This document shows, piece by piece, positions 25,801 through 57,009 of a DNA stretch of 64,000 bases. The notes beneath the pieces are model-generated. The model saw only the letters and a program-made list of their open reading frames with translations, made no database searches and was not told where the DNA came from. Source of the stretch: Eledone cirrhosa (taxonomy: Eukaryota); contig OZ024743.1 of NCBI GenBank assembly GCA_964016885.1, positions 218,426,001 to 218,490,000 of the forward strand. Direction: 5' to 3'. A program made the translations under genes and the position numbers. How positions within the stretch are numbered: the stretch's first letter is position 1; the number at the start of each line of letters is the position of its first letter.

Positions 25801-27351
25801 TAGTTTCTGAGAGGATAGCTTTCGGCTTGTGCTGCTATGAAAAACTTTTGGTCCCCCCTTTGTATCCTAACTGCTATTTTTATTTATGTGGGAATGTTTT
25901 CTTGTTAATATCTTAATATGATATTTTGTAGTCTTGATTACAATTGAGCTTTTACTATTTTAATAAGTTAGGTTAATAATTCTTTAGTTACTATCACCCC
26001 ATTTTCTGTAACCTTAACTTATACTTTCTGTTTTCACTGAAGACAAGACAGAAAACTTATTTTCTTTAGTTTTGTTCATGTGATGTAAATATCTATATTA
26101 GTTCTTCTGTATTCTTTACTTTATACTTTTGAAGTCTAACAGTAAAAATGTTATAATATATTTAGACTTCTAATTACAAAATATCTCCTTGCTCCTGTTT
26201 TCAGGGTAAATATAATTTGTCTGGTGCAACATATTCTAAATGCAGTCATTATTTCCCCTGTTTTTCACTTTAGTCTTGCTAATTCACTTAACTTTCAATT
26301 GAGAATATTATAACTGTAACTAATTATTAGAACATCTAAAGTATTAATGCCTATTACCATAACTTTGACATTTAGTTCATTATTGAGTAATAATCTAATG
26401 TATCTATAATTTTGCTTCCTAATATTTTCTGTAGTCTGTTTATTTCAATAATTTCTAAGAATGTGCAGTTCTATCTATGGTCAAATTCTCTTATCTTTGC
26501 TATTTCATCTAACATTATTATATTACTGGTTTTTATTAATTTTACATCTTTTCAAAGTTGTTTTGGTGCATCTTTCCATATGATATTCTATACCAATTTA
26601 ACACCATATGTCTTAGAACATCCAGTTGTTTGTCATTTGCAGTATTCAGCTTGAGTCCCCCCCCCCCATATATTTGAGATAGCTAATTGTCCCCCCATTG
26701 GATTTAAATTTGCATTGTGCCTGGTTTTTGTTGTTGTTTAGTCACAGGTCTACTATGATCTAGTAGATGTATAATAAAAAATATTCAAACTATAACCATT
26801 TGATCTTTGTCGTGGTATCTAGGTCTAGATCACACAATGTCTCCTTCAATTTTATAAGATTGTTGGTGTGATTTGAAAGAAATTTTGCTGCTATCTGTAG
26901 CAAGTCAAGTAAACATACAGAGATGCATTCATTGGCATGTAATATATTGTTCTTAGTGATGCTTGGATTTCTTCTTAATTATTTAATTGATGTTAATGGT
27001 GTCTGGTAAATTTATTGCTGAAAATTACTCATGCTTAAATACATCACCTGGTAGTTTTATTGCAAGATGATTACATCACATGTCAATACACCATCAGTAA
27101 ATTCATCATCAACATGGTAAAAGCAATATCAGTAAATTTGTCATCATGGCAAAAACAGTATCAGTAAACTCATCATCATAATTTTTTTATCCACAGAGTA
27201 AATATATGGCAAAATATTATTTAAAATCTTTACTCATACAGTATGAGTCATTATTGAAATTAAAAAATAAAAATATTATCAAATAACACTAACCAATGAC
27301 ATTGTTTGTTTAGGTAGAAGAGATGAGGCTTTTTTACTAAATAATAATAAT

Positions 27352-28110
27352 AATTGTTTCTAATTTAGGCACAAGGCCAGCAATTTGAAGTAGAGGGGAA
27401 AGTCATTTAAATCGATCCCAGTTCTTACTAATGCTTTAGTTTATCAACCTCCTAAGGATGAAAGGCAAAGCTAACCTTTGATTAGCTAATTTGAATGTTA
27501 TGGGATTTGAACTCAGAACATTCATATAATAATAATTGTTTCTACTTTTGGCACAAGGTCAGCAATTAACCCAGTGCATTACTGGTACTCTATTTTATCG
27601 ACCCCGTAAGGATGAAAGGCAAAGTTAACCTTGGCGGGATTATAATAATAATTGTTTCTACTTTTGGCACAAGGCCAGCAATTATCCCAGTGCATTACTG
27701 GAGCTTTATTTTATCGACCCTGTAGAGATGGAAGGCAAAGTTAACCTCGGCGGGATTTGAACTAAAACCGTAAAGGGCCGTAACTCTATGCTGCAAAGCA
27801 TGTTGTTCGACACTCTACCAATACTGCCAATAATGGTTTCTAATTAGACACAAGGCCAACAATTTTAGAGGAGGGGAAAATTAAATGTTACTGGTGCTGG
27901 TGCTTTATCTTATTGACCTTGTAAGAATGAAAGGGAAAGCAAATCTCGGTGGTATTTGGACTCAGAATGTAAAGAGCCAATGACAACAGTTTTTAAATTA
28001 AGCACAACTTTGAAAAGAAGGAGAAGTAAATTATAATAACGCTAGTACTTTATTTTATTGACTCTGGAAAGATGAAAGGCAAAGTTGACCTCAAAAGGTT
28101 TTGAAAACAG
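27352..28110 (-). mobile_element. Cluster of SINE family B copies
   Basis: Units at ~27352, 27533, 27648, 27832 and 28040, all in the same orientation. Confidence 0.85.
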
Positions 28111-28569
28111 AACATAAAAGGTCATAATGAAATACTGCAGGATGGTTGGCTTATATTTGGGGTTAATATTTTGATGATTATTACCAACTTCAAATTCAAT
28201 GTAAATAAGGTTTCGATTTTGGCCCATTTCTCAAACATAAAATAGTGGGGTCAGCTTATATTTGTATAGAGGTATATTAGAATATTTACAGTATTTTTAG
28301 ATATTTTCTGCTGAATCATTACAGAATTTTAAGAGTTATTAGTCTAAAATCCTTCAGGTTTTGAGGATAACTTCCTTTCTTTACTCTGCCAGTCTTGACG
28401 GATTGAAAAGATGTCATGGGCTCTGCCATCCCTCCTCTATGAAAGTTATGAAAAAATAAGAAACAAAACTATTGAAAAAAAACACAACACATTTTCTGAG
28501 AAGAAAAATCTGACTGAAAATTTTATTTCATTCACAAGAAAGTACAAGACGAAATATTTATTTATCAGC

Positions 28570-28790
28570 AGTTTCTAGTAATTGTGATTGCTGTAGTAGT
28601 TGTGAGTGTTGTATTAGTTGTGATTGTTGTGTTAGTTGTGATTGGTGTTATGACTTTTATTAGTTGCAATTGTTGTATTTGTTGTTATGGCTTTCATTAG
28701 TTGTAATTGTTGTAGTAGTTGTTATGGTTTTCATTAGTTGTAATTGTTGTAGTAGTTGTCATGGTGTGTGTTTTATTATTGTTGTTGATA
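28570..28790. repeat. Degenerate (TTG/TAG)-rich tandem repeat in the putative KIF6 3' UTR
   Basis: Recurring 'tagttgtaattgttgtagtagttgttatgg' with ~36-bp period. Confidence 0.6.
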
Positions 28791-28814
28791 TTGCAAAGGT
28801 TAAAGAGGACTGTG

Positions 28815-28828
28815 TTATTTGGTTTGAG
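28815..28828 (-). CDS. KIF6: Probable last coding exon of KIF6 (..TQTK*)
   Basis: Strong acceptor TTTTTCCTCTTTTATTTTAG; phase matches the 61312 donor (A|CT CAA ACC AAA TAA); AATAAA signals ~250-290 nt downstream (~28560, ~28525). Confidence 0.5.
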
Positions 28829-29857
28829 CTAAAATAAAAGAGGAAAAACAAACAAACAAAAAAAGGGAGAAAAACAAACAACTAAGTTAAATAACATTTT
28901 CCCCCTGTTGTCTCTATGTCGAGTAGATAACTCCTTTCATCAGAAAATGTACTTTTGTTTCATTTAACCAGTTTAATATCAAACCAGATTTATAATCAAG
29001 GTATTCCAGCTGTCTCCATCCTGTTTCATATTAGGACATATTTGTATTTAGGACTACATTATCTAAAATGTCCTTTTTGTAGGTTTAGTTTCTGTTTAGA
29101 CTCAAGTTAACCCTGATTGAACAGGCCTGTCATCAAAGGTTTTCACCTTTTTCCTAAGTGTGGGGAATACAAGACCACATTATGCAACATTTAAAGAATT
29201 ACAGCTGCTATTTCTAGCAGAGAGAGTAACCACATTGCTTGACATTTCTTTTATAAGATGGTTAGATTTGATACGAGGTCAGCATGGCTGCTATTTCTAA
29301 CGGATCAACTGACTTCATAAGGGTTTTCCTGGCCAACTGAGTTCCAGTTTAGGTTAGTTCTTGGACAATTGCGTTCAAGTTTAGGTTAAGTGTAGAAATG
29401 TCGTAATGACTAGTGCCTGTTACAGTAACAGCAGAAGAAACATAGAGAGAGATGTGTCTATTTGTCAATAGACACATATTTATTGAAGAGGAGAATGTTT
29501 TTTCTGGATGCACAGGGAAGTAAAGGGTTTCAATATACTGATCCTGAGTCTTTAAAAAAATAATACCTACAGAAAATTATCCACAGTCCTTTATCTATGT
29601 TTTAGCAATTATTGAGTATATTAAACTTCCAAAGCAGATCTCTGAATATGATAACAAATAAAACTAATACTAACTACATTAACACTAATATATAAGAATT
29701 AGCTCTAGGAGAAAAGGAAGACTATTAAATTTAAAGCTTTTGAGATGTTTGTGTATATATTATGCAATATGTGTATTTATATGTTATAATATATATATAT
29801 ATACATACATATATGTATATATATGTGTGTGTGTATATATAGAATATCATATAATAT

Positions 29858-29970
29858 AATTGTTTCTACTTTAGGCACAAGGCCAGCAATTACCCAGTGC
29901 ATTACTGGTACTTTATTTTATCGACCCCATAAGGATGAAAGGCAAAGTCAACCTCGGCGGGATTTGAACG
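29858..29970 (-). mobile_element. 5'-truncated SINE family B
   Basis: TSD agaatatcatataatataat (29841-29860, 29971-29990). Confidence 0.85.
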
Positions 29971-30116
29971 AGAATATCATATAATATAATGTAATGTAAT
30001 ATAATATAAATGGTTAGGAATTTTATGATAAACATGGAATATGTATATGCAGGGAACATAATGGAAAAGGTGAGAGATTGGCTATAGACCCAATTCCATT
30101 ATTGTGTCATGTTTTA

Positions 30117-47205
<17,089 letters not shown>

Positions 47206-47392
47206 ATTGTTTCTACTTTAGGCACAAGGCCAGCATTTAACCAGTGCATTACTGGTACTTTATTTTATCGACCCCGTAAGGATGAAAGGCAAAGTCAACC
47301 TCGGCGGGATTTGCACTCAGATCGTAAAGGGATGTAACTATGCTGGGAAGCATGGCGTCCGACCCTCTACCGATACTGCCAATCCACCGCCC
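47206..47392 (-). mobile_element. SINE family B, full length
   Basis: Complete head, core and tail at the satellite edge. Confidence 0.88.
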
Positions 47393-47929
47393 TCGTATAT
47401 ATATAATACACATATATAATACATATATATATAATACACATATATAATACATATATATATATAATACACATATATAATACTTATATATATATATACATAT
47501 ATATAATACATATATATATATATATATATAATACACATATATAATACATATATATATACATATATATATGTACAATACTAATACATAAGTACATGTAGGA
47601 GAATGAGCACATGTGCTAGCATGCGACTCCATGTGTATAAATACATATACATACAACTATAATGACAGAGTGTGTACACATATGTAATATACATACATGG
47701 GGAAAGTAATAAATAATGTCGCTAGATTGCTAAAAGTATTTGGGGGGGATTTTTTCCAAGTACATCTTGGATCATTATCTCAGTATAGTTTGACTGTCAC
47801 TTTGGTAGCATGTTAAGAAAATTAATTGTAGGTATAAGAGTCAGATTCTGATTCCTGCACTGTGCTTTGTCATGTACAGCCCCAACTCAGACATGCATAT
47901 TGTGTTCATGGTTCTTGTCAGTCATTTTT

Positions 47930-48440
47930 GTTTGTGTGTATGTGTGCATATACATATATATACATGTGTGTGTGTATATGTATATATATATGTATGTATA
48001 TATATATGTATGTGTGTATATGTATATATATGTATGTATATATATATGTATGTATATAAATTGTACACATATGTATATATATGTATGTATATAAATTGTA
48101 CACATATGTATATATATGTATATATATGTATATATATGTATATACATAAATTGTACACATATGTATATATACGTATATATATGTATATATATATGTATAT
48201 ATATGTATATATATGTATATATATGTGTATATATATGTATATATATGTATATATGAATACATATGTATATACATATATATTCATATATGTGTGTGTATAT
48301 GTGTATATACCTATATATAAAATATATATATATATATATACATGTGCTTGTGTGTGTGTATATGTATATATATATATATATATATACACATACACACACA
48401 TATATATGTATGTATATACACATACATACACGTATATTTG

Positions 48441-48475
<35 letters not shown>

Positions 48476-48655
48476 ATGTGTATATACATATATATATATA
48501 TATATATATACATGTGTTTGTGTGTGTATATATACATATATATACATATATATGTGTGCATGTGTATGTTTGTATTCATATATATAAAGTATATATATGT
48601 GTGTGTGGGTATATATACATACATATATGTGTGAATGTATATGACTGTATATGTG
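47930..48655. repeat. (TA)/(TG) compound microsatellite
   Basis: Direct reading. Confidence 0.9.
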
Positions 48656-48960
48656 GTGGTGGGGGGGGGGGGCATATATATATTCAATGGTATTTTATCC
48701 CCAACACTATCATTCTTACAAACACACCAATTATTCTCCATCTTCCTTTAACGATAACTTTGCAGAAAATACAACTTCTAGCACAGCAACACAGGCATGG
48801 GCTTTGCATTTGTAACAGGTATTTTCATATAACAGAGATGTGTACTATAATATATCGTCTTTGGCATCAGCTATTTGGCATTTGTCTCATTTATTTTCAG
48901 AACGCACTAGAAATAAAATAAAAACAATAACAACAACAACAACAATAATAATAATAAAAC

Positions 48961-49148
48961 TAATTGTTTCTACTTTTGGCACAAGGCCAGCAATTACCCA
49001 GTACATTACTGGTACTTTATTTTATCGACCCCGTAAGGATGAAAGGCAAAGTTAACCTCCGCGGGATTTGAACTCAGAATGGCAAGGGCCGTAACTCTAT
49101 GCGTCAAAGCATGGCGTCCGACCCTCTACCGATACTGCCAATCCACTG
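48961..49148 (-). mobile_element. SINE family B
   Basis: Head, core and tail. Confidence 0.85.
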
Positions 49149-49421
49149 ATGATAATGCTTTCTTTATTAACCACAAGGGTTGACTCAAATATAACATTAA
49201 GGACACACAGGACAATACAAATGGGCATTTCTGCGTGTAAAAAGAAACAAAAACAGAGTATGTGGCAAAAAAGGAAACAATGAAAAATTCCCCAATATGG
49301 GGAGACCTCCGAGATAATAATAATGAGGATAAATTAATTAAGAAAATATTTCAATCACAAAGAAAAATCAAAAAATTTAAATGACAATGATAGAGAGAAA
49401 AGGCTAAAAATTAAAATTAAT

Positions 49422-49473
<52 letters not shown>

Positions 49474-49476
<3 letters not shown>

Positions 49477-52400
49477 TCATCATCATCATCATCATCAACG
49501 TTTAACGTCCGTGTTCCACGCTTGCATGGGTTTGGACGGGGGTAGTCCCACTTGAGGCAAGAGTGATTGTCTTGCTCGCATAGGACTGTCTGGCAGGTTT
49601 TCTACAGTTGGATGCCCTTCCTAACACCAACCACATTTACAGTGTGGGTCTGGGAGGTTTTTACCGTGTTGCCTACACGGCCACATTACAGCGTGGACTG
49701 TGTGTTTTTTTGTCGTGACACCTACACGATCTCATTTGTTTCGGCCTGGATGGCGCGGCACCAACATAACTTTACATAGAACGGGGTGGTGTGGATGGGG
49801 TGGGGGTGGTGGCGGGACGGGGTGTATTTTGTTAGAGATGCCTACTGGCAAGGCGGGTCTTCTCTGTTACTGAGTACCGCCAAAGGTCTCGGTCCAGTGA
49901 CATTGTCTTGGAGAGGTGTAAGTGTGTGAGGTCGGAGTTTATCAGCTCATCCCATGTTTTTCTAGGTCTGCCTATTCCGTGGCTACCGACTATCTTTATT
50001 GCCCTGCACTTTGTTATACAGCTATCGACTTTCATGCGCATCACGTGTCCATACCAACGCAGCCTTCTCTCGAGTAAACAACATCTGATCCCTCTTATCT
50101 CTAATTTTTTCCTTAGTTCGTTTATGCTTTGCCGTTCACGTATATTACTGTTACACATCCAGCGGAGCATGCAAGCTTCGTTCCTCTCTAGTCTGCGTAT
50201 ATCCTCTGCACACAATGCCCAGGTCTCACTACCATGCAACATTGCTGTTCGTATGCAGGCATCGTACAACCTGCCTTTCATTTTTAGGGAGAACCCTTTA
50301 GCAGCTAATAGTGGTATAAGCTCTCTGAACTTTTTCCAACCAGTTCTGACTCTAGCTACAGTACTTTCAGAGCACCCTCCCCCACTGCTGATTTTATCGC
50401 CCAGGTAACGGAAGCTGTCCACTATTTCTATAGAACCCTCTGCGCAATTGAAAGAGCTAGTATTTTGTGGGCACTTGCTGCTACTTATTGCACCAGAACA
50501 CCGGCCACATGTAAAATCTATGTTCTTAGTTAGCTTACCTGTGATCCCACTACATCTTTTATGCACCCATACTTTGCATTTAGGACATAAAATGGAGTTT
50601 CTACCTACGCCTTTCCTACACACCGAGCACGACCATTTCCCAGAAGGGACCGCCGCCTTGTTTTCTTTCCTACAAACTAGAACTTTGGTCTTAGCCAGGT
50701 TAATTTTAAGTCCTTTTGACTCTAGGCCGTGCTTCCATGTTTGGAATTTCTTCTCTAGCTCGGCCATTGATTCCGCTATGAGTGTCAGGTCGTCTGCGTA
50801 TAGGAGTTCCCATGGGCAGCCTGTCTTGAACTCCTCTGTTATAGCCTGAAGGGCAATAATAAATAGTAGGGGGCTGAGAACAGAGCCCTGATGGACGCCA
50901 ACTTTTACGCTAAACTCTTCACTATATTCGTTGTTAATTCTAACCTTGCTGACTGTTTCTTTATACATGGCTTGTATAGCCCTCACAAGCCATTCGTCAA
51001 CGCCTAGTTTTCTAAGAGCCCACCAGATAATGGAGCGGGGGACTCTGTCGAAGGCTTTCTCCAGGTCGACAAAAGCTAAGTAGAGGGGTCTACCTTTAGC
51101 TAGGTACTTCTCCTGTAGTTGTCGTACTATGAAAAGGGCGTCTGTGGTGCTTTTGCCTGACACAAACCCGAACTGCATTTCATCTAGGTCAATTCTCTCT
51201 CTGATTAGTTGCGCTATTACTTTTTCCGTGATCTTCATGACCTGGTCGATTAATTTAATGCCTCTATAGTTACTCCTATCTAGGGCGTCTCCTTTACCCT
51301 TATAACAGTTAACGATGATGCTGCTATGCCAGTCCTTCGGAACAACCCCATTCTGTACGACTTGGTTAACTATGCGGGTGACCATGGTGTGTCCCACCGT
51401 GCCTGATGCCTTCAGCATCTCAGCAACTATTTCCGAAGGCCCAGCCGCCTTACCCGTCTTCATATCCTTGATTGCCTTACTTATTATACTCCCCTCGACT
51501 AACACTGCTGGTCCCTCTATCGGGTCGATATGGGGGAGACTGTCTTTCTCCCATTTATTCTCCTCATTTAGTAGCCTTTCATAGTGACACTTCCAAGCTA
51601 CCTTCTTATCAGTGTCGGTGATGGCAAGTATGCCATCATCGTTAAGTACACACTTCTCCCCGACAATATCACGGTTTTCCTTGACGCATTGCCTGGCAAT
51701 CCTGAACACCTCACGTTTTTGGTCATCGCGTTGTAGAACATGCTTGAACTTTCTTTCCTCAGCTTCCCTTCTTGCTAAGTACACTTCTCTCCTAGCTTCC
51801 CTCCTGGCCACTTGATAGTCTACTCTACTTCCCCCATCCCGCCATACTTTCCAAGCCTGCTTTTTGGCCTTAATTGACCCCTCCACCCTACTGTTCCACC
51901 ACCAAGTTACTCTCCTCCTGCCTACAGGCCTGCTCCAGCCACAGACTTCGTCTGTCGCCAACAGCAGGTTTGCTTTCAGAAATTCCCACTGTCCCTCTAT
52001 ATTGTCCGATTCTAGATGCTCTTCCTTACTGTCGAAAGCATCAAGTAATATGCTTTGAAATTTATTTCTGGCTGTGGGGTCCTTTAGTTTCCATATTTTC
52101 CTCCTGAGGATAGTCCTCTTCTGCTGTCGAGTACGTCTCGTCCTGACTATGAGGTCGCTAATTATCAGTCTATGTTGGGAGGTGCATTCTTCATGGGGGA
52201 GGGATTTAGTGTTTACAACAGACACTCTGTCACGTCTTCTGGTAAGGATATAATCTACCTGGCTTGTGTGTTCCCCTGATCTATAGGTGATCAGGTGATT
52301 GTCACGTTTTTTGAAGTTAGTGTTACAGATAGTTAGGTTATTTGCATCACAGAATTCCAGGATTCTGGAGCCTCCCTCATTTCTAGTACCAAACCCATAG

Positions 52401-53596
52401 CCTCCATGGATTTCGTCGTAGCCGTCACAATGTTGTCCAACGTGACCATTTAGGTCGCCTGCAATAATTATATAGTCACTGTCAGATATTTGGGAGGTAG
52501 TTAGCAACAGTGTCTCATAGAATCTGTCTTTTATAGTGCCGGGCAGTCCGGATTGGGGTGCGTACACAGATATTACTGTCACCGTAGTTTTATTGAGGAC
52601 AAGTCTTATTTTAATTATTCTGTCGTTCACTCTATTTACGTCTATTATCTTATCTGCCCACTTTTCTGCTACCATGATTCCTACTCCACCCAGCCCATCG
52701 TCGTTTCCCACCCAGAAAAGCTTATAACATCGTTTTTTACCCTCAATGAATCTAGCAGACCCACCCCTCCACCTGGTCTCTTGAATACAACAAACATCGA
52801 CCTCCTTACGTTCAAGCATTTCTACAACCTCGTTAGCGCGACCCTTTAGGGTGCCCACATTTATGGTACCAACTCTGAAGTTTTGGGTTGCGTTTGGAGG
52901 GTGGGGGTGGTGGGGGCGGGGGGAGATAGGGTTACGTTAGCCATCCGCGGACGAAACAAAGAGGAGTGCTCGCATTCTCGTCCACGAGGTGAATTTGACT
53001 TTAACTTTGGCATTTTCGCTCTGAGCGTCCAGATTTTTCTCTCCCTTCCACTCTCCAGGATTCCGCAGTCCATCCATCCATCCATCCATCATATATCGAA
53101 GGCAACTGGGCAAGCGATAGTATAGGCCTCTGGCTTATGATTGGTCCGCGTAATAATAATAATAATAATAATGGTGATGCGTGGGGGTGGGGGGGGCTCT
53201 GGCTTATAATAATAATGGTGATGCGGGGGGGGGGGGGGGGGGGGGGGGGGGCTCTAGCTTATGATTGGTCCACGTATTAAGTATGGTGGTGTGTGGGGGC
53301 GGGTGGGAGGGGTGTGGGGTAGCTAGCTGGAAGGTTATGAATGTTTAACAAGCGATTTAACAAAAAGCAAAACTGCAAGATTTGTTCTGTTCAATACGAC
53401 AAAAACACCGTATTTAAACCTTGAATAGATAACAAAAGATACAGATTTCGGATTTTGCGAGATTGGATGTTTGGACTATGTACGAAAATTGAGCGTGGAA
53501 TAGATGGAGGAGAAAAATTTGTACTTTACGATTTACATGCGTACACCGTAGTAGGAAATAATTGAAGCAGCGGTGGATTGGCGAAAGTGAATAAAC
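49474..53596 (-). mobile_element. Near full-length RTE-clade LINE
   Basis: (GAT)n 3' tail at 49474-49497, 3' UTR, uninterrupted APE-RT ORF, GC-rich 5' UTR; flanked by (TA)n on both sides. 5' end approximate. Confidence 0.95.
49832..52858 (-). CDS. RTE LINE ORF: AP endonuclease + reverse transcriptase with an embedded PHD-like finger
   Basis: APE motifs (INVGTL, IQETRW, SVYAP, GDLNGH, VDYIL, SQH), RT motifs (YRGIKL, QFGF, FVDLEKAFD, GVHQGSVLSPLLF, LYADD, FRYLG), RTE C-terminus (RLRWYGHV, GRPRKTW). True start unresolved. Confidence 0.95.
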   Translation of the reverse strand: MGTLKGRANEVVEMLERKEVDVCCIQETRWRGGSARFIEGKKRCYKLFWVGNDDGLGGVGIMVAEKWADKIIDVNRVNDRIIKIRLVLNKTTVTVISVYAPQSGLPGTIKDRFYETLLLTTSQISDSDYIIIAGDLNGHVGQHCDGYDEIHGGYGFGTRNEGGSRILEFCDANNLTICNTNFKKRDNHLITYRSGEHTSQVDYILTRRRDRVSVVNTKSLPHEECTSQHRLIISDLIVRTRRTRQQKRTILRRKIWKLKDPTARNKFQSILLDAFDSKEEHLESDNIEGQWEFLKANLLLATDEVCGWSRPVGRRRVTWWWNSRVEGSIKAKKQAWKVWRDGGSRVDYQVARREARREVYLARREAEERKFKHVLQRDDQKREVFRIARQCVKENRDIVGEKCVLNDDGILAITDTDKKVAWKCHYERLLNEENKWEKDSLPHIDPIEGPAVLVEGSIISKAIKDMKTGKAAGPSEIVAEMLKASGTVGHTMVTRIVNQVVQNGVVPKDWHSSIIVNCYKGKGDALDRSNYRGIKLIDQVMKITEKVIAQLIRERIDLDEMQFGFVSGKSTTDALFIVRQLQEKYLAKGRPLYLAFVDLEKAFDRVPRSIIWWALRKLGVDEWLVRAIQAMYKETVSKVRINNEYSEEFSVKVGVHQGSVLSPLLFIIALQAITEEFKTGCPWELLYADDLTLIAESMAELEKKFQTWKHGLESKGLKINLAKTKVLVCRKENKAAVPSGKWSCSVCRKGVGRNSILCPKCKVWVHKRCSGITGKLTKNIDFTCGRCSGAISSSKCPQNTSSFNCAEGSIEIVDSFRYLGDKISSGGGCSESTVARVRTGWKKFRELIPLLAAKGFSLKMKGRLYDACIRTAMLHGSETWALCAEDIRRLERNEACMLRWMCNSNIRERQSINELRKKLEIRGIRCCLLERRLRWYGHVMRMKVDSCITKCRAIKIVGSHGIGRPRKTWDELINSDLTHLHLSKTMSLDRDLWRYSVTEKTRLASRHL

Positions 53597-53687
53597 ATAT
53601 ATATATATATAAGTATGTATACGTACATACATATATGTATACAGACGTACAGTAGTATGTATATATATATACATACATGCACACATA

Positions 53688-54747
<1,060 letters not shown>

Positions 54748-54914
54748 ATATATATGTAGATAAATCTACCAAGAGTTTACGGTAGTGTCCAATCCGTATG
54801 AAGAACTCAATGTAGTCCGGATATCATGGAAAGAAGAGATGCAATGAAAAATCACTTTCGGTTAAAGATAAACGGAATACATATATATATACATATATAT
54901 ATGTTTATAAATGT

Positions 54915-54972
<58 letters not shown>

Positions 54973-55449
54973 ACATTTATAAACATATATATATGTATAT
55001 ATATGAAAGAGAAAAAAGAGAGATGCATGCATATATATATATATATATACATAATTAAAAATGACAAGCTGAGGAATAGTGATCAGTTTATAAAACCTTG
55101 TGTTCAAGACATTTGCATAGCTTCTTCAATTATCACAATTCACATTGTAAAATGATTGTAGAATAAAATAACAAATATACAAAAAATATGAATGGCTGAT
55201 ATGGTAAAAGTAGATTTTAGCTGCCATATTAATAGACTCTCTGATGCAAAAGAAGATGGCTTAGCAATTAATTGTGGGCAGATAACGTTTCAACAAAACA
55301 ATATCCTTCACTTTATATAATGTACAAAAAAGAAAAATGGAAGAAAACGTGTTTTCAGAGAAGAGAACAATAAGCTTTGATTTAAAATGCCAAAATAGGA
55401 TTGGAAACAAAAGACAAACATGAATTCCAAATAATATTAGCAAGCAGGA

Positions 55450-55810
55450 CCTGTGAATTGACAGAATTGGTAAAGTGTCGGGAAAGATGCTATAGTTGTA
55501 TTTGTTCTAGTTCTCTACATTCTGAGTTCAAATCCCGCTGATGTTAACTTTCTGGGATCAATAAAATAAAGTACCAGTCAAGTACTGGGGTTGATTTAAT
55601 CAATATTGCTCTCCCCATCAAATTTGCTGGCCCTGTGCCTAAATTAGAAATCAATATTATAAAATAAGGGCTGTGGACTGACAGAATTGCTAGAGTATCA
55701 GACAAAATAAATTTGTTCTGGCTCTTTATGTTCTGAGTTCAAATCCCGCTGAGGTGAATTTTGCCTTTCATCCTTTTGGAATTGATACAGTACAAATCAA
55801 GTAGACAACT
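55450..55810 (+). mobile_element. Two older SINE family B-related copies
   Basis: B-box ctgagttcaaatcccgctga twice, diverged core. Confidence 0.7.
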
Positions 55811-57009
55811 TGCTTCCTCTCTCTCTCTCTTTCTCAGATTACATTGTCTAACACAGCATTTCTCAACCCTTGTGGGACCCTAGAAATAGTTTCATGTCTC
55901 AGGGAACACCTGCATAATAATTATTATATAACATTATTAATATCTAACACTTTTATATTTTTCTCATAGTTATAATAACCCAGGATTTTCCAACAATATG
56001 CTGTCTGTATAGTAAAATTAGTGCATTTTTTTCATAGCATCGTCACTATCATTTTATTGTAATTTTTGTGGGGCAGTTGTAGGGTGTTTCTGACCATGTC
56101 TTGACCATGTCATGCCTCCCACAATAACTATAGGATTGTATAATTATATATTTCTTAATGCAACTGTTTTGTTTTTGTTTTATTTTACATCTTTCTATGA
56201 CTAACTACACAAATGTAAAGTTATAGTGGAAACTTACATTCTTCATTCAAGGAAGCAGGAGCAAGTGAGGACCATAGGTTCTGAATATATGCTAAGTAGT
56301 CCATCACCTTCACCTTATACACACTGTGTGCATGCATATATGCATTTATCTGTATGTGTGTGTGTGTGTATGTTTATATATGTGTAAAGCTTTTGAAGAA
56401 AAGGAGGAGGAGGAGGCAAGAAGAAGAAGAAGAAGGAGGAGGAGGAGAATTCTAAGTATGTAAATCAACGCGGTTTAGATAGCTTAAACTTAAAATTACG
56501 ATATTAATATACATTAAGATCCCATATTAAGAAAAGTTAAAAAAATTCTTTCGATTTTAAATAATAAAATAAATATATTGATAAGAGAAAAAGAAAGAAA
56601 AGAAAAGCAATTCAATGTAATGATTTGCAATCAAGATATTCATTAGAGAATTTACGTAATTGGTTTTTATTCATTTATTTATTTATTTATTGATTCTGAG
56701 AAAATTAATTATTTTAAATGATCTGCAATTATTTAAATAATTGTGATATATATCTTCCATATTCTGTTTTATTTTAGAACACATTCAGATTAACCATTTT
56801 TCACCCAATCTCATTTTTTTTTCTAGTATTTATTCTTTTGTTATTTCCCATGATCAAAATGAACAAACCTTGTAGCAAAATAAAACCTCAGGAATCTTGG
56901 CTCCAATTTCTTCTTTTCCCTTTTAAATGCAATATATATTTCATCTTCCAGATGGGTCTCAATCAGAGACAATAGATGGAGAGAAACTTCCTAAGAAGTC
57001 AGCACAATT

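Noticed and set aside
49908-52849. Plus-strand ORFs within the RTE
   Set aside because: Antisense shadows of the RT ORF.
53568-53583. GCGGTGGATTGGC match to the SINE B head within the RTE 5' region
   Set aside because: Only 13 bp and opposite to the RTE orientation; may be chance.
55853-55915. hAT TIR-like start CAGCATTTCTCAACC
   Set aside because: No partner TIR or TSD found.
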